A stretch of DNA of 64,000 nt from Candidatus Woesearchaeota archaeon (lineage in GTDB: Archaea > Nanobdellota > Nanobdellia > Woesearchaeales > JAZDKJ01), in NCBI GenBank assembly GCA_043803105.1, contig JAZDKJ010000012.1, positions 96,001 to 160,000 on the forward strand, given 5' to 3'. The translations under genes and the position numbers were made by a program. Shown in pieces: positions 1 to 11,700 of the stretch. Each line of letters opens with the position of its first letter. The stretch's first letter is position 1. Under the pieces are notes generated by a model that was given only the letters and a program-made list of their open reading frames with translations, did not search any database and had not been told where the DNA came from.

Positions 1-1031
1 GCTCCTCTTGTTCCCACAAGGTCATCTAGCATTTCCTTGAACTTCTTTTTCTCTTCAGGGTTTGCCTGGGTTGATCTTCTTGGGACAAACTGTGGTCTCT
101 GCTGCATCGGTGGCCTTGGTCTGCGGTCGTCGTATTCTCTTGGTTGTTCTCTTTGTGGTTGGGCTCCCTGCTGCTCTCTTGGGCCCTGATCTCTTGGCCC
201 GCCTATTTCAAGCTTTGCCTGCTCTGCACTCACTCTTCCTCTTAGAGCTTTGTGTATCTCTTTCTTTGTTATTTCTTCCACTTCTTTTCCGTCTGGCGCT
301 TTTGTGACATAGTCTATGTCTGCCACGCTTGTGAGCTCCTTTATTATCAGGTTTCCGCCTCGATCACCGTCAACAAATGCTGTTATTACCTTTTTCTTGG
401 AAAGTTCAATGATTGTCTCAGGTACCGAGGTTCCGTTTAATGCTATTGCGTTCTTGATTCCGTGCTTGAGAAGGTTGAGCACATCTGCCCTTCCTTCAAC
501 CACTATAATTTCGTCTGATTCGTCTATTGCTGGTCCTGCCGGTAGCCTGTCTCTTCCATATTCTTGGATTTCCATTACCCTTACAGAATATGCAACTTCA
601 TCAGCCAATTCCTGGCTGTCAGGCATAACATTCTCCATCATTTTTTTGAGAAGCTCTTTTGCTCTCTCTATGACGAATGCCCTTTTGGACACCCTTACAT
701 CCTCGATGTCTTCTACCTTGATCTTTGCGTTGCATGGCCCTATTCTTTGGATTATCTCGAGCGCTGCACCGACAATTGATGTTTCTGCCTTGTCAAGTGA
801 AGAAGGAATTATTATCTTTCCGTTTGTTTTTCCTGACCTTATGTCAACATTTACTTCAATTCTTCCAATTCGTCCACTTCTCTGGAGCTCTCTTAATTCA
901 AGGTCTGCTCCAAGAAGTCCTTCTGTCTGTCCGAATATTGCGCCTATGACATCAGGCCTGTCTACCACACCGTCTATTTCTATTGTTGCATGAACTATAT
1001 ATTTTGATGACACTGGGCTTATCTTACCCAT
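1..1031 (-). CDS. dnaG: Archaeal DnaG (primase-like, exosome-associated), 3'-partial, runs off window
   Basis: Not in ORF track; manual translation from ATG 1031 gives [58 protein letters not shown]...[10 protein letters not shown]; SD AAGGAGG upstream. Confidence 0.95.
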   Translation of the reverse strand, partial: MGKISPVSSKYIVHATIEIDGVVDRPDVIGAIFGQTEGLLGADLELRELQRSGRIGRIEVNVDIRSGKTNGKIIIPSSLDKAETSIVGAALEIIQRIGPCNAKIKVEDIEDVRVSKRAFVIERAKELLKKMMENVMPDSQELADEVAYSVRVMEIQEYGRDRLPAGPAIDESDEIIVVEGRADVLNLLKHGIKNAIALNGTSVPETIIELSKKKVITAFVDGDRGGNLIIKELTSVADIDYVTKAPDGKEVEEITKKEIHKALRGRVSAEQAKLEIGGPRDQGPREQQGAQPQREQPREYDDRRPRPPMQQRPQFVPRRSTQANPEEKKKFKEMLDDLVGTRG

Positions 1032-1325
1032 TTCAAATCCCCTCCTTGTGCTTGAGGACAGTGCCTTGAGTGATAGCACTTACAATAGAACAATTCCCAT
1101 CCAACAGTTAATATGGTTGGTGATGATCAAATGAATCATGAAACTGCCCTATCTGTCCTTATTTTGGTTTTTTTCAACCGTAAACATTAATTTGTTGCCC
1201 GAAACACTAACCCCCAAGCTCATTGCTTGACTCGCTCAAGAGTGTTCCTGAGCCCAAAAAAACGTAGCGAAGGTTTTTTCGGATTTGTCGTTAGCTCCGT
1301 TGGGTACTCTCGTGCCGGGCAGCGA
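1032..1325 (-). ncRNA. Candidate structured 5' leader / ncRNA upstream of dnaG
   Basis: Many nested helices whose G-U pairs work mainly on the minus strand; no matching known family recognised. Confidence 0.5.
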
Positions 1326-1534
1326 TTATGCAAAATATGGCTGATTTAAGCCCAATTTAACTGTATCAGGCAAAAATAAGCCTTATTTGGATAAATTCAC
1401 CCTAGATTATAAGCTAGTATGAGATTATTTAAATCTATCTTTTCAAAAGCCTTTTTTAATCATTGTTTAGGGACAATAATACCTGTTCAGTTCCCTGCAA
1501 AACCTTTTTAAGTGAGCCTTCCTAGTCAGGAACC

Positions 1535-2236
1535 ATGAAGACTGCTAGGGAGAAGTTTAAGACTTTGCACGGTGTTTTTGATGAATTTACAAATAGGAAC
1601 ATAATGAAGCTGATTTCTGAAGACCATATCAAGGGTTTGCTTGGTCCAGTCTCTGTCGGCAAGGAATCCAATGTTTTTGCTGCGCTCTCTCCTTACAACC
1701 AGAAGCTGATCTTAAAGATCTACAGGCTTGAGACAAGCGACTTTAACAGGATGTATGATTATCTGAAGTATGATCCTCGTTATCTTTCCATAAAGCGTAA
1801 CCGTAGGCAGATTGTCTTTTCCTGGGCTCAGCGTGAGTACAGAAATCTCCTTATTGCGCGTGACTCCTCTGTTCGCGTGCCTACTCCCCTTGCGTTAAAA
1901 TACAATATTCTTGTTATGGAATTTATTGGAGACTCTGTTGTTGCTCCAATGCTTAAGGACAAATCGCCTAAGGACCCTGCCAAGTTCCTTTCAGAAGTTG
2001 TCGTGTTTGTCAGGAATCTCTACAAGGCAGGCTTTGTTCATTCTGATCTGTCTTCCTTCAACATCCTGAACTGGAATGATCATCCTGTCCTTATCGATTT
2101 TTCAACATGCACTCCACTGAAGAACCCCAGAGCAATCGAATTTCTCAAGCGTGATGTCTTGAACCTTGTTACTTTTTTCCAAAAGCTTGGTTTGAAGCCT
2201 TCTTTTGATTTGATTCTAAAAAAGATTACTGGATGA
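1535..2236 (+). CDS. rio1: RIO1 family atypical Ser/Thr kinase
   Basis: GKESNVF, WAQREYRNL, VHSDLSSFNIL and IDF motifs. Confidence 0.93.
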   Translation: MKTAREKFKTLHGVFDEFTNRNIMKLISEDHIKGLLGPVSVGKESNVFAALSPYNQKLILKIYRLETSDFNRMYDYLKYDPRYLSIKRNRRQIVFSWAQREYRNLLIARDSSVRVPTPLALKYNILVMEFIGDSVVAPMLKDKSPKDPAKFLSEVVVFVRNLYKAGFVHSDLSSFNILNWNDHPVLIDFSTCTPLKNPRAIEFLKRDVLNLVTFFQKLGLKPSFDLILKKITG

Positions 2237-2273
2237 TTTGCTGATTCTGTACAAACCCATTTTTACAGAAAAA

Positions 2274-2458
2274 TTTATATACCCGCATCCCAAAAGCTTA
2301 TTCTGAATATCCGAACTAATAGCAACAAATAAGATAATAAATACAATAAACAGACGATAAATAAAATAATAAGAACTAAAATAGAAAAAACAGAAATAAC
2401 ATCAATTAAATAGAAAAAAAATACAGAAAACAAACAAATATTCAGTAAATCAGAAAAT
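2274..2458 (+). promoter_or_regulatory. TATA box (TTTATATA 2274-2281) followed by long A-rich leader / putative operator array
   Basis: About 65% A over 2321-2458 by hand count; recurrent YAGAAA units. Confidence 0.5.
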
Positions 2459-2749
2459 ATGAAGAAGTATCCCAAGCTGTTGCAGTGTGATAAGAGAGGA
2501 CAAATAGTTATTCCTAAGGATATCCGCTCTGAACTGAAGATCACCGAAGGCACTGGTTTCTGGGTATATTCGATTGATCAAGAGGGTTTGTTCTTCAAGA
2601 AGGTTGACACTCCAACTCTGGAAGACCACAAGGATCTGCTCAAAGAATTAGAGGAAAAGGCTGACAAGATAAAGCTTGACAAGAAGAATATCCAGAAAGC
2701 AGTCCAGAAATACAAGAAAACCAAGGAGGGCAATCTCGACGTCATATGA
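2459..2749 (+). CDS. AbrB/MazE/SpoVT family DNA-binding protein
   Basis: DKRGQIVIPKDIRSELKI.EG swapped-hairpin signature; stop overlaps next start (ATGA). Confidence 0.85.
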   Translation: MKKYPKLLQCDKRGQIVIPKDIRSELKITEGTGFWVYSIDQEGLFFKKVDTPTLEDHKDLLKELEEKADKIKLDKKNIQKAVQKYKKTKEGNLDVI

Positions 2750-5700
2750 GCTTCAATCTTAAAGCTGTGCTCGCCCTGCTCACGTTGCTCTGCTCTCTCT
2801 TTATTGTTTATGCAATTGCCACAAGCCCCAACGGTAATGTTGCCCCTACTTTGGTTAACGTCAGCGGTAATCTCACTTTCAATATTGGCTGGACTGGCTC
2901 AAATGGTGATGCATCGCAGAGAGTTTACATCTGCAGGAATCCTGGCTGTGCTGGCTGCGGTCCAGGCATTTGCTCAAGCCAATACTGCTATGCCTGGAAC
3001 GAGACACTTGCAGCGTCGCCGCGCTCCTTGCAATATCAGGCTCTTCAATCAGATGCCTCTGCCTCTACCACTTGGTACTTTTTCCTCGTAAACACAACAG
3101 GCTCTCAAACATCTTGCACCACCGGTACAGGTTCATTCCAGGTTAATCACAAACCTGTCTTTTCAATAAACTCAATTCTTCCTGCTTCACCACTTACAAC
3201 TAATGATATTACATGCACCGCTACTGTCTCTGACTCTGATTCTGACACCCTCACCAATGTATGTTCTTGGAATGGTTGCACCGGCCCTTGCCCCGCGTGC
3301 TCAATCAGCTGTAACAGCGGCACCTGTACTGCCACTTTGTCGCATACCTCAACACATGCTGGCAACCAGATTTACTGCAATTTCACTTCAAAAGATGCCC
3401 ATGGTCTCGCAAGTGATATTGCAAGCTCCTCGACTGTAACTGTTGCATACAGTGGTGCGCTAACCATTGTTCCTGATAGTGCCTTGCCCAGCGGCAACCT
3501 TGAAATGGGTTCATCCCAAATCTTTAACGCGACCAACGGTGCGGCCCCATACAGTTGGCATATCCATAATGGCTCTGCCTATTGCTCGATTCCTTCAGGC
3601 GTGACCGCCTCCTATATTACGCTTACAGGTAATGCTGTCGGTAACTGCACCCTGAATGTCACAGATGCTGATTCCAGGTCTGACCTTTCTGGTAGGATTC
3701 ATGTTGTTGATACAGTTGCTCCTGCCGCAGTAACAAACCTTCAGGCCTCTGATGTTCTCGGTGATCAGGGCGGTGTGGTCATGGTCTCATGGGTTGTCTC
3801 GACAAACGATAACGAGGTCAACAGGTATTGGATCATGCGCTCAACCCTGCCTGCAAGCGGCTTCGCAAACATCGTGAATGTTTCTCACGGTGTTTCCTCT
3901 TATCAGGATAGTGCAGTAAATGATTTGACTAGATATTATTACCATGTCTGGGCGTGTGACTCTTTGGGCAATTGCGGTAAGACAACCTCGGCTGTGTCAG
4001 CAATTCCAAACGCCCAGCCAAAGATGAAAAGTGTCAACATCACTCCTTCAGTCCTTACCGCATCTACAGATGTGGAGTGTTTGGCTCTGGCATATGATAC
4101 TGATAACGAGTCCTTGTCCATGACCTATCGCTTTGATATAATGGCCTTTCCGCCAGGAGGCTACACTCATAATGTGACTGGCAATGCTGATTGCATTTAT
4201 TTCGGCAGGAACAGTACAGATCAGTACGGTGTGAAACACGCTAACGCCACTACAGAATGCAGGGCCTTGCTCAACCATACGCATATCACTAAGGCCGATA
4301 AGGTAGTGTGTACAATGGTTGCCTCAGACGGTAAGGAAAGCAGTGCCTCGATGAGGATTTCAAAGTCTTATGTTCTGGTGAACAACACTGCGCCTTATGC
4401 CACCAATGTGCGTATTGTTCCTCAAAGCCCGAATGGATCTTCAGTTCTCTCCTGCAATTACACATTTAATGATGTTGACGGGGACTCCGAGGATCTCTCT
4501 GCAGTTAGGTTCAAGTGGTATATCAACAACGAAGGATTAAACCAGTTTGTTGAGGTGCAGAACCAGATATCCAAGACCTTGTCAGGTTTCTTTGACAAGG
4601 ATGACTTGGTGAAGTGTGCTGTTCTGGTCAAAGACCTTGACCTTAGCTGGCTGCATGATGCTGATTATGCTGCCGGTTACTCTAACTCTTCTGTTGTCAA
4701 TATCGTTGACAATGCATTGCCTCAAATCATTGCCTATTCTGTGAACTCTAACAGCACAAAGCCAATTGCTGTGGGACAAAACGTGGTGTTTAATGTTTCC
4801 TGGGTTGATTACGAAGACCCGGCAGATACTGCGCGTCTGCTGGTGTGTGATGCGCGCTCAGGCTCTGAATCCCAGTTCAGCGGTGCCAACACATCTATCA
4901 GCTTTGGTGACACCAATGCAAATTCTCCAAAGTATGTCTGGTTTTACACAAACCAGACCGGCCAATATGTTCAGACCATTGCTGTGAAGCCTTTCAAGTA
5001 TGTGCAGAATAATGAGTGGACTTATGCCCCGGACACCTTGGTGCAGCAGGGAGACAAGTTTATTAGTACCATATTGAGGAATTTCACCTTAGAGGCTTTC
5101 TATGATTCTGACGGCTCAGGCACTTATGATTATGGTGAGCCACTGATCCGGGAAAACAGGACCGGAGCTCAGAGGCTTGTTTTTAACGCAAATCTCGACA
5201 CTATAATCTCTGGTACAACCCCAACTGACGGCTCTGTCTTGATTAACCTTTCTGCCATCGGTTACAGGTATCATGACAGGGATAGCACAAACAACTTTAC
5301 AGCAGTAGATGATATCTATTGGGATCGTGACAACAGCCGCACTATTTCATTGAATGATTACAGGAAGACTATCGTAACCCAAAGCTCTGAGCGAAGGCTC
5401 TCCACCCAGTTCCTTTATGATATTTATGTATATGAGGTTGCCGCTGTGGGAGACACAGAAGTAAATCAAACCTCTGTCCTTATTGCAGAAGACCACAACG
5501 ATCCCTTTACCCTTGGTGTTTACAATTACTTTGTTCCTCAGTACAATGCCCAGCCACTTGCGGGAAAGCATCTTGCCTTCAAGTTCTGTATTGACTCAAA
5601 TGATGATGCTGTCTGTGACAGCGATTCTGATTTCATGAATGACTCTGTTTACGTGCATGCATCCAACAACACTGTCGGCGAGTACAAGGTAACAACATCG

Positions 5701-8700
5701 CAGGGAATTGTCTTTTACAACCCAGATATCAAGCTGAATTACCATGCCTCTTCTGCCTATGGTTGTTCTAATGTTCAGTACTGCAATACTTCCTTGTCTT
5801 CAAATCATGTCCTGAGCTGCAGTTATCAGGCTAAGGATTCTGATCCCTCTAACAACACCTTTGTCTTAAAGGTCTGCGACCAGAAGAATGGCTGCTCTGT
5901 TGAGAGGTCAGGCATTTTCTACGTCAATCACCTTAGTTCTGTTGCCAATGTTAACATAAGTTCATCAAGGGTCAACTACACAGATAGTGCAAACCTCAAC
6001 TGCACTGCTTACGGCCAATATGACCCTGACGGAAACACTGTAGCTCTTTCATACAGGTGGTATCTGTCACGCGGTTCTGGCTACACGCTTTATGACATTC
6101 CGAGCAACAGGATATTGTCTAACGGTAACACCCTAGTAGGGGACCTTTGGAAATGCGAGGTTATTCCAGGTGATGGCTTTGCCCCTGGCTATACCCGCAA
6201 CTCCAGCCCTGTTCTTATCTCAAATGTGAGCTACTCTGAGTCTAGATTGTACATAACGAGTGTTACAGATGATTCCAACAAAACCTCTCCAACTAATGTC
6301 GGCTCAAAGGTCAGTTTCCGTGTTGGTTGGTCCGGATTGCCGAGCCAGGTTAGGGCTTTTGTCTGCAACTCCTCGCAGATAATGGATAATGGTTGCCTTG
6401 ATTTCACTTTCAATAGTACTTCCCTCACTTCGCAAAATCCGCTTCTGTTGACTTACACCGCTCGCCAGGCTGATACTGAAGAAAATTACTGGGTGAAGGT
6501 TTGTGACAATTTTGGAAACTGCTCCAACAATTATCCTGGTGGTTCCACAAAACTGAACTTTTCTGTAAATCACCTTCCCACGATTGCAATAGTCAATATC
6601 AGTGCAAGCCCTGCCAACTATACTGACAATTCTAACCTTAACTGCACTGCTTTCCAGGTTTCAGACGCTGACGCCAACAATGTTCTCCTTACCTACAAAT
6701 GGTTTGTCAAGCGAGGCTCAACCTTTGAGCAGTTCCTTGCTCCAAGCAGCCAGGTGCTGTCAAACTCCAACACTTTTATTGGGGACGTTTGGAAGTGCGA
6801 GGTTCTTCCTTTTGATGGTTATGTCTTTGGTCGTGCAGTAAACTCCTCGCTGGTCACAATACGGAATCTGTCTGCAGAGTCAGCGCTTGCCATCCTTAGC
6901 GTGACTGATGCCTCAAATAGTAGTTTGCCCACAAATGTTGGTGATAAAGTGGCCTTTGAGGTTGCCTGGTCAGGTAGAGCTTCAATAGTCAGGATGTTTG
7001 TCTGCAATTCTTCTGTGATTTATTCTACAGGGTGTGCTGGCTTTACCTTCAACAGTACTGCATTCACCTCAGCTAACCCGATTACCACTACTTACACAGT
7101 CCGCAGCACTGATTTTCAGGAGAATTATTGGGTAAGGCTTTGTGATGTGTACGGCAATTGTTCGCAGGTTTTCCCAAGTGCAGGAAAGACAAACTTCACT
7201 GTAAATCATGGGCCTAACGCCTCTGGCATAAAGGTGTTGACTTTAAGCTCATGGTACGGTTCTGTTATTGTCTGTAATTATACATACAGGGATATTGACC
7301 TTGATGCTGAGTCTGGCTCAGAATACAGATGGTACTTTGATTATGGTAGCGGATTTGAGGAAAATATTGGCGAGACTGAAAAGAACATTACTGACTTCTT
7401 CAGCTTTAGTACCCCTGTCAAGTGTGCTGTGCGAGTTAAGGATTCTCATGGCCTGTCTGATTCAATTTTCAGGAACTCTTCAGCCGTAACCCTGGCATCA
7501 AGCCCTGGTGTGCCCACACTATGGCCTTTCCCTTCAGTGGTTAAGAGCAACAATCTCATAATCATCGGTCATATAGACCAAGTTCCAGCCAACCTTACTG
7601 CATTTGCCAATCAGGGTGTCCTCACCCCAACTCAACAATCCAGTTATGTCACTTCCAATTCCACCCTGTATGGTCAGGCCTACACCGTCTCTGATGTTGC
7701 GAGCGGAAGAAATTATGTTCTTGTTAGCGCTGGTGACAGTAATTTGTTTTCTGCCGGAAGGTTCATACAATTCAATAACCATGATAGGCCTTATTTCCTT
7801 CGTTACGCAATCCTTGGCAAGGCAGACCTGCTTGACCGCACCTTCAGGATCGACTTGGCAGAGAATCTTTCCTCAGATGTCCCAGCCTACACATTCATGT
7901 CAGTGTACAATTCATCTAAGCCCACTGGCTGGTTCAATATTTCGCTCAACTTGTTTAATGGTACCAATACAGTGCGGGTCAAGGCCAGGACCTCTGTGAG
8001 CGACTGGTTCTCCACAGAGAATAGTGTATTTGTTGACTTGTTCCCTCCAGAGCTTATCTTGGGCTCCCTGCCAAGTGTTAGCACGCTAGCAAGAATTACC
8101 CTGTCATTCAACCTCTCAGAAAATTACTACGCTCAACAAGCCTCTAAATTCCTGCTTCTCAAGATTACCAACAAGACAGGGGTCACTAGTTTCCATCCGC
8201 TGAATTTTTCAACCAACGGGTCAGTGTATGCTAATGCAATTCCAAATATAAGTTGCAGTATGGTTAACTTTTCTTACTCTGCATGTTCCGTGATACTCTC
8301 CCTAAAGAACGGCACTTACAATCTCTCCTTCACTCTCAATGATACTGCCGGCCATAGAATCAACGCATCCCGCATATTGGTAGTGAACACCTCTGCGATA
8401 ATCACCACAACTGTCCTTAACGGGTATATTGATGTTCATCACAACTATCTGCCCAGTGACTTTGCCACAACAAACAACCTTACCACAAATTGGACTGTCC
8501 TGACCGGTGTAAGCGCTTACGAATATCGGTTGGATAGATATAATGATTCCTTGTTTGACCGGACCATCATTCCTTGGAAGTCAAATGGTTTGGCAAGGGC
8601 GGTAAACATCACCAACAATGTGAATATTACCAATGGTTATGTCTACAAGTTTGTTGTTAGAGGTAAGCTCTCCTCTGGTGGTTATACTCAGGAGTCTTCA

Positions 8701-11700
8701 AGCAGCGGAATCTTGTACCTTGACAGCACAGCCCCCACTTGCATGAATTGTGTTCACAGCGACGGTGACTACACAAGCTCTAATGACAGCCTCCACTTCT
8801 ATTGGAGTTTTACTGAGCACGAATCAAGGATTGTCCAATACCAGTACGCGATAGGCACAAAGTGTTATCCATTCACAGGCTATACAAGCATAGTTCCAAA
8901 GACTAACACCACCCTGGCATCCGTTACCAGGACAGGCCTCCAACTTATTGACAGTCAGTCATATTGCTTGAGCGTAAAGGCCAGGAATGAGAACCAGATC
9001 TGGAGTCCCTGGAGGTTTGCCAATATTACTGTTGACATTTCGAAGCCCGTTAATGGCAGCATCAGCTACCCTGAAGGTTTTGTTTTCTCGGATGCGATTA
9101 CGGTTTCCTTCCGCGAGGGTAAAGATAATGTTAGTGGCATCAATAGGACTCAGCTTATGGTTGCTTCCCTGCCCCTGGTCGCAAATGATTGCGGTGGGAT
9201 ATACAACTACAACAACTACTTCAATTACACCTCGAATGTGTTGGGCCAGACTTATAGGACTGTTCCACTTGATCAAGGTAGGTGCTACAAGTTCCTCTTC
9301 AAGGTCATCGATAACGCTGGTAATGCTCAGGTATATCCTAAAGGTACTGTAAAGGTGGTGAAGGTTGACAAAACACCCCCGTCAACCTTCACTGTCACCT
9401 TGAACAACAATGCCTTCTACACCCAATCCAATACTCTTAACGTGAGGTGGACACAAAGCCAGGATCCTGAATCTGCGATTACCAAATATGCTTATGCATT
9501 GTTCATGCTTAACGGTAGCCAAGTTACTTCATACAGGAATACATCCTATACATCCTCAACTGCAAGCATAACAGCAGCACTCTTGCACGAAGAGAGTTAT
9601 TATGTCAAGGTAATTGCATTTAACGGCGGCAATGCCTCCACTGCAGTCAATAGCAATTCTGTTCTTTTCCTGGATTTCAATCCTCCCTCGCCCGTTGCAG
9701 TGAGGAAGGTTGACAATGATGTCAACGGCTCTAATGGCTGGCTTGACACTGATGCAGACAATTCCACGAGCATTACTGCTGAGGGTGAACTTGGCATTGA
9801 TTGCATAATCTCAAGGTATAATATTGATTATACTGACTCGCCCCTGCCTTATGTGAGCCAGTGTCTAATTCAAGGGGGAGGTCCAAATATTACGTGCTCC
9901 CTTAACATCACTGACGGAAACTATACCTATTATATCGTGTGCAGAGACACTAACGGCAACTCCCAGGACGCCTCGCTTAGCACGCCAGTGAATTTCATTG
10001 TGGACAAGTATGGCCCCAACATTACTATCATGAAGCCTGCAAGGAACCAGACTGTCGGCGGCAAAGTTGACCTTGATGCAGAAATTCGCGATTATGTGGG
10101 TGTTGATGAGGCAATCTACAGGATAATCAAGATTGATAACACGATAATGGCCAACGGCACCTTGCACTCGCCTTTATGGAATGCCACCTGGAACACCATA
10201 AACAAGAATTACAGCGGTCTGTTCTACTTTTTTGTTTGGGCAAATGATACCCTTGGAAGAAGGTCCAATGCATCGGTCAACTTCTCAATCAATAACAGGG
10301 TTCCCATAGTGGACATTGTCAGCCCTGCTTATGTCAACAATAATTTTACCTTGATAATAAATGCGCAGTTGTTTGTTAATGTGAGTTTCAACATTACAAA
10401 CCGCACCAAGTCGCTGCTTGTCTACAAGAAGAACAACTGGACCTCTATGAGGACCTATTTATCTTGGTCCAATTTAATCAACATAATGAGTCCTGCCTGG
10501 GCAGAGGGCAATTACACCATTAACGCGTGGGCAGTAAACCTTAACAAGAACAAGACGCTTAAGAGTTCTGTTTTCACTGTTGACCTCCATGCTCCAAAGT
10601 ATTCAAACATCTTAAACACATCAGCCAAGACTTATTACAGGACCGGAACCATTAATCTTACCGTTTCTTGGTCTGACAACTTCAAGCTTGGAGCTGTAAA
10701 GTTCCGCCATAATGTCACAGGAAACTGGACTAACGAAACCGCAGTTTTGGCTGGCACTGTTTACCGGGTCCAGATCCCATCTTCAGCCTTGTCGACAGGC
10801 CAAAGCATAGGCTGGTTCTCTTTTGCTAAAGATATGGCCAACAACTCCAATACCTCGATGCCGGTGCGCTCATTCACTTTGGGCAATCGGGCCCCTGTGC
10901 TTGCCGCCTTGCCAAATCAGACAATCAACGCAACCGATACTGTCACAATCATAGCTTCTGCTACTGACCCAGACCAGGACAATCGTACTTACTACATCAA
11001 TGACTCAAGGTTTAATCACGCCTCTCTCTATTCCAATATGTTTAATTGGACTACAGACATTAATGATTCAGGTCTTCATGTTGTTAACCTTACTGCCAGT
11101 GATGGCCGCATCAACGTTTCCAGAAAGGTTTGGATCACGGTCCTGGCTGTAGATGACACTGATGGTGACGGAATTCCAGATTATAAGGAGACAGATTCTG
11201 ACAATGATGGCTTTAACAACACAATAGATTTCCTTAATGGCTATCCAAGCAATGTGAAGACCAACATTGCCAATTTCAATTGTTCCATTGCAGTCAACTC
11301 CACTGCCAAGACTTTCAATTTTGGGCAGCTCTTTACCGGCACCAGGATAATCAATTGCACCAACACATCCTCGCCAATCTTGACCTTCTCCTACAACTTC
11401 AGTAAGCAGGTGACCCTGCACATGATTCGCATCAATGTTACAAGGCAACCCGCAGGCAGTGAGTACGGTTGGATTATTGTTCGAGGACTAAGCCTATTGC
11501 CTGGAACAACCAAGACAGTCTTTGTTAATCATATAAACTCTACCTCTAGTGGTGTCTGCATAAAGGATGCAACCAATGTAACTTCTGTTAGTCAATTTAC
11601 CTCTTCCTGCACTGGCACAAATGAGTTTTTGATTGCTTGCGATGGTCATGAATACTATAGCAAGTATACGTGCACGCTAGCAAATTCTTCCTACAAAGTT

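Noticed and set aside
62-993. Plus-strand ORFs of 62-225 aa
   Set aside because: Antisense shadows of dnaG; the same applies to most short ORFs overlapping real genes throughout the track
1032-1325. Identity as RNase P RNA, SRP RNA, tRNA or a known riboswitch
   Set aside because: No GAGGAAAGUCC/ACAGAA RNase P cores, no SRP helix-8 motif, no T loop; only weak glycine-riboswitch-like words, judged coincidental
2275-2553. Hydrophobic 92-aa minus-strand ORF
   Set aside because: Artefact of reading the A-rich tract as T-rich codons; overlaps the abrB gene
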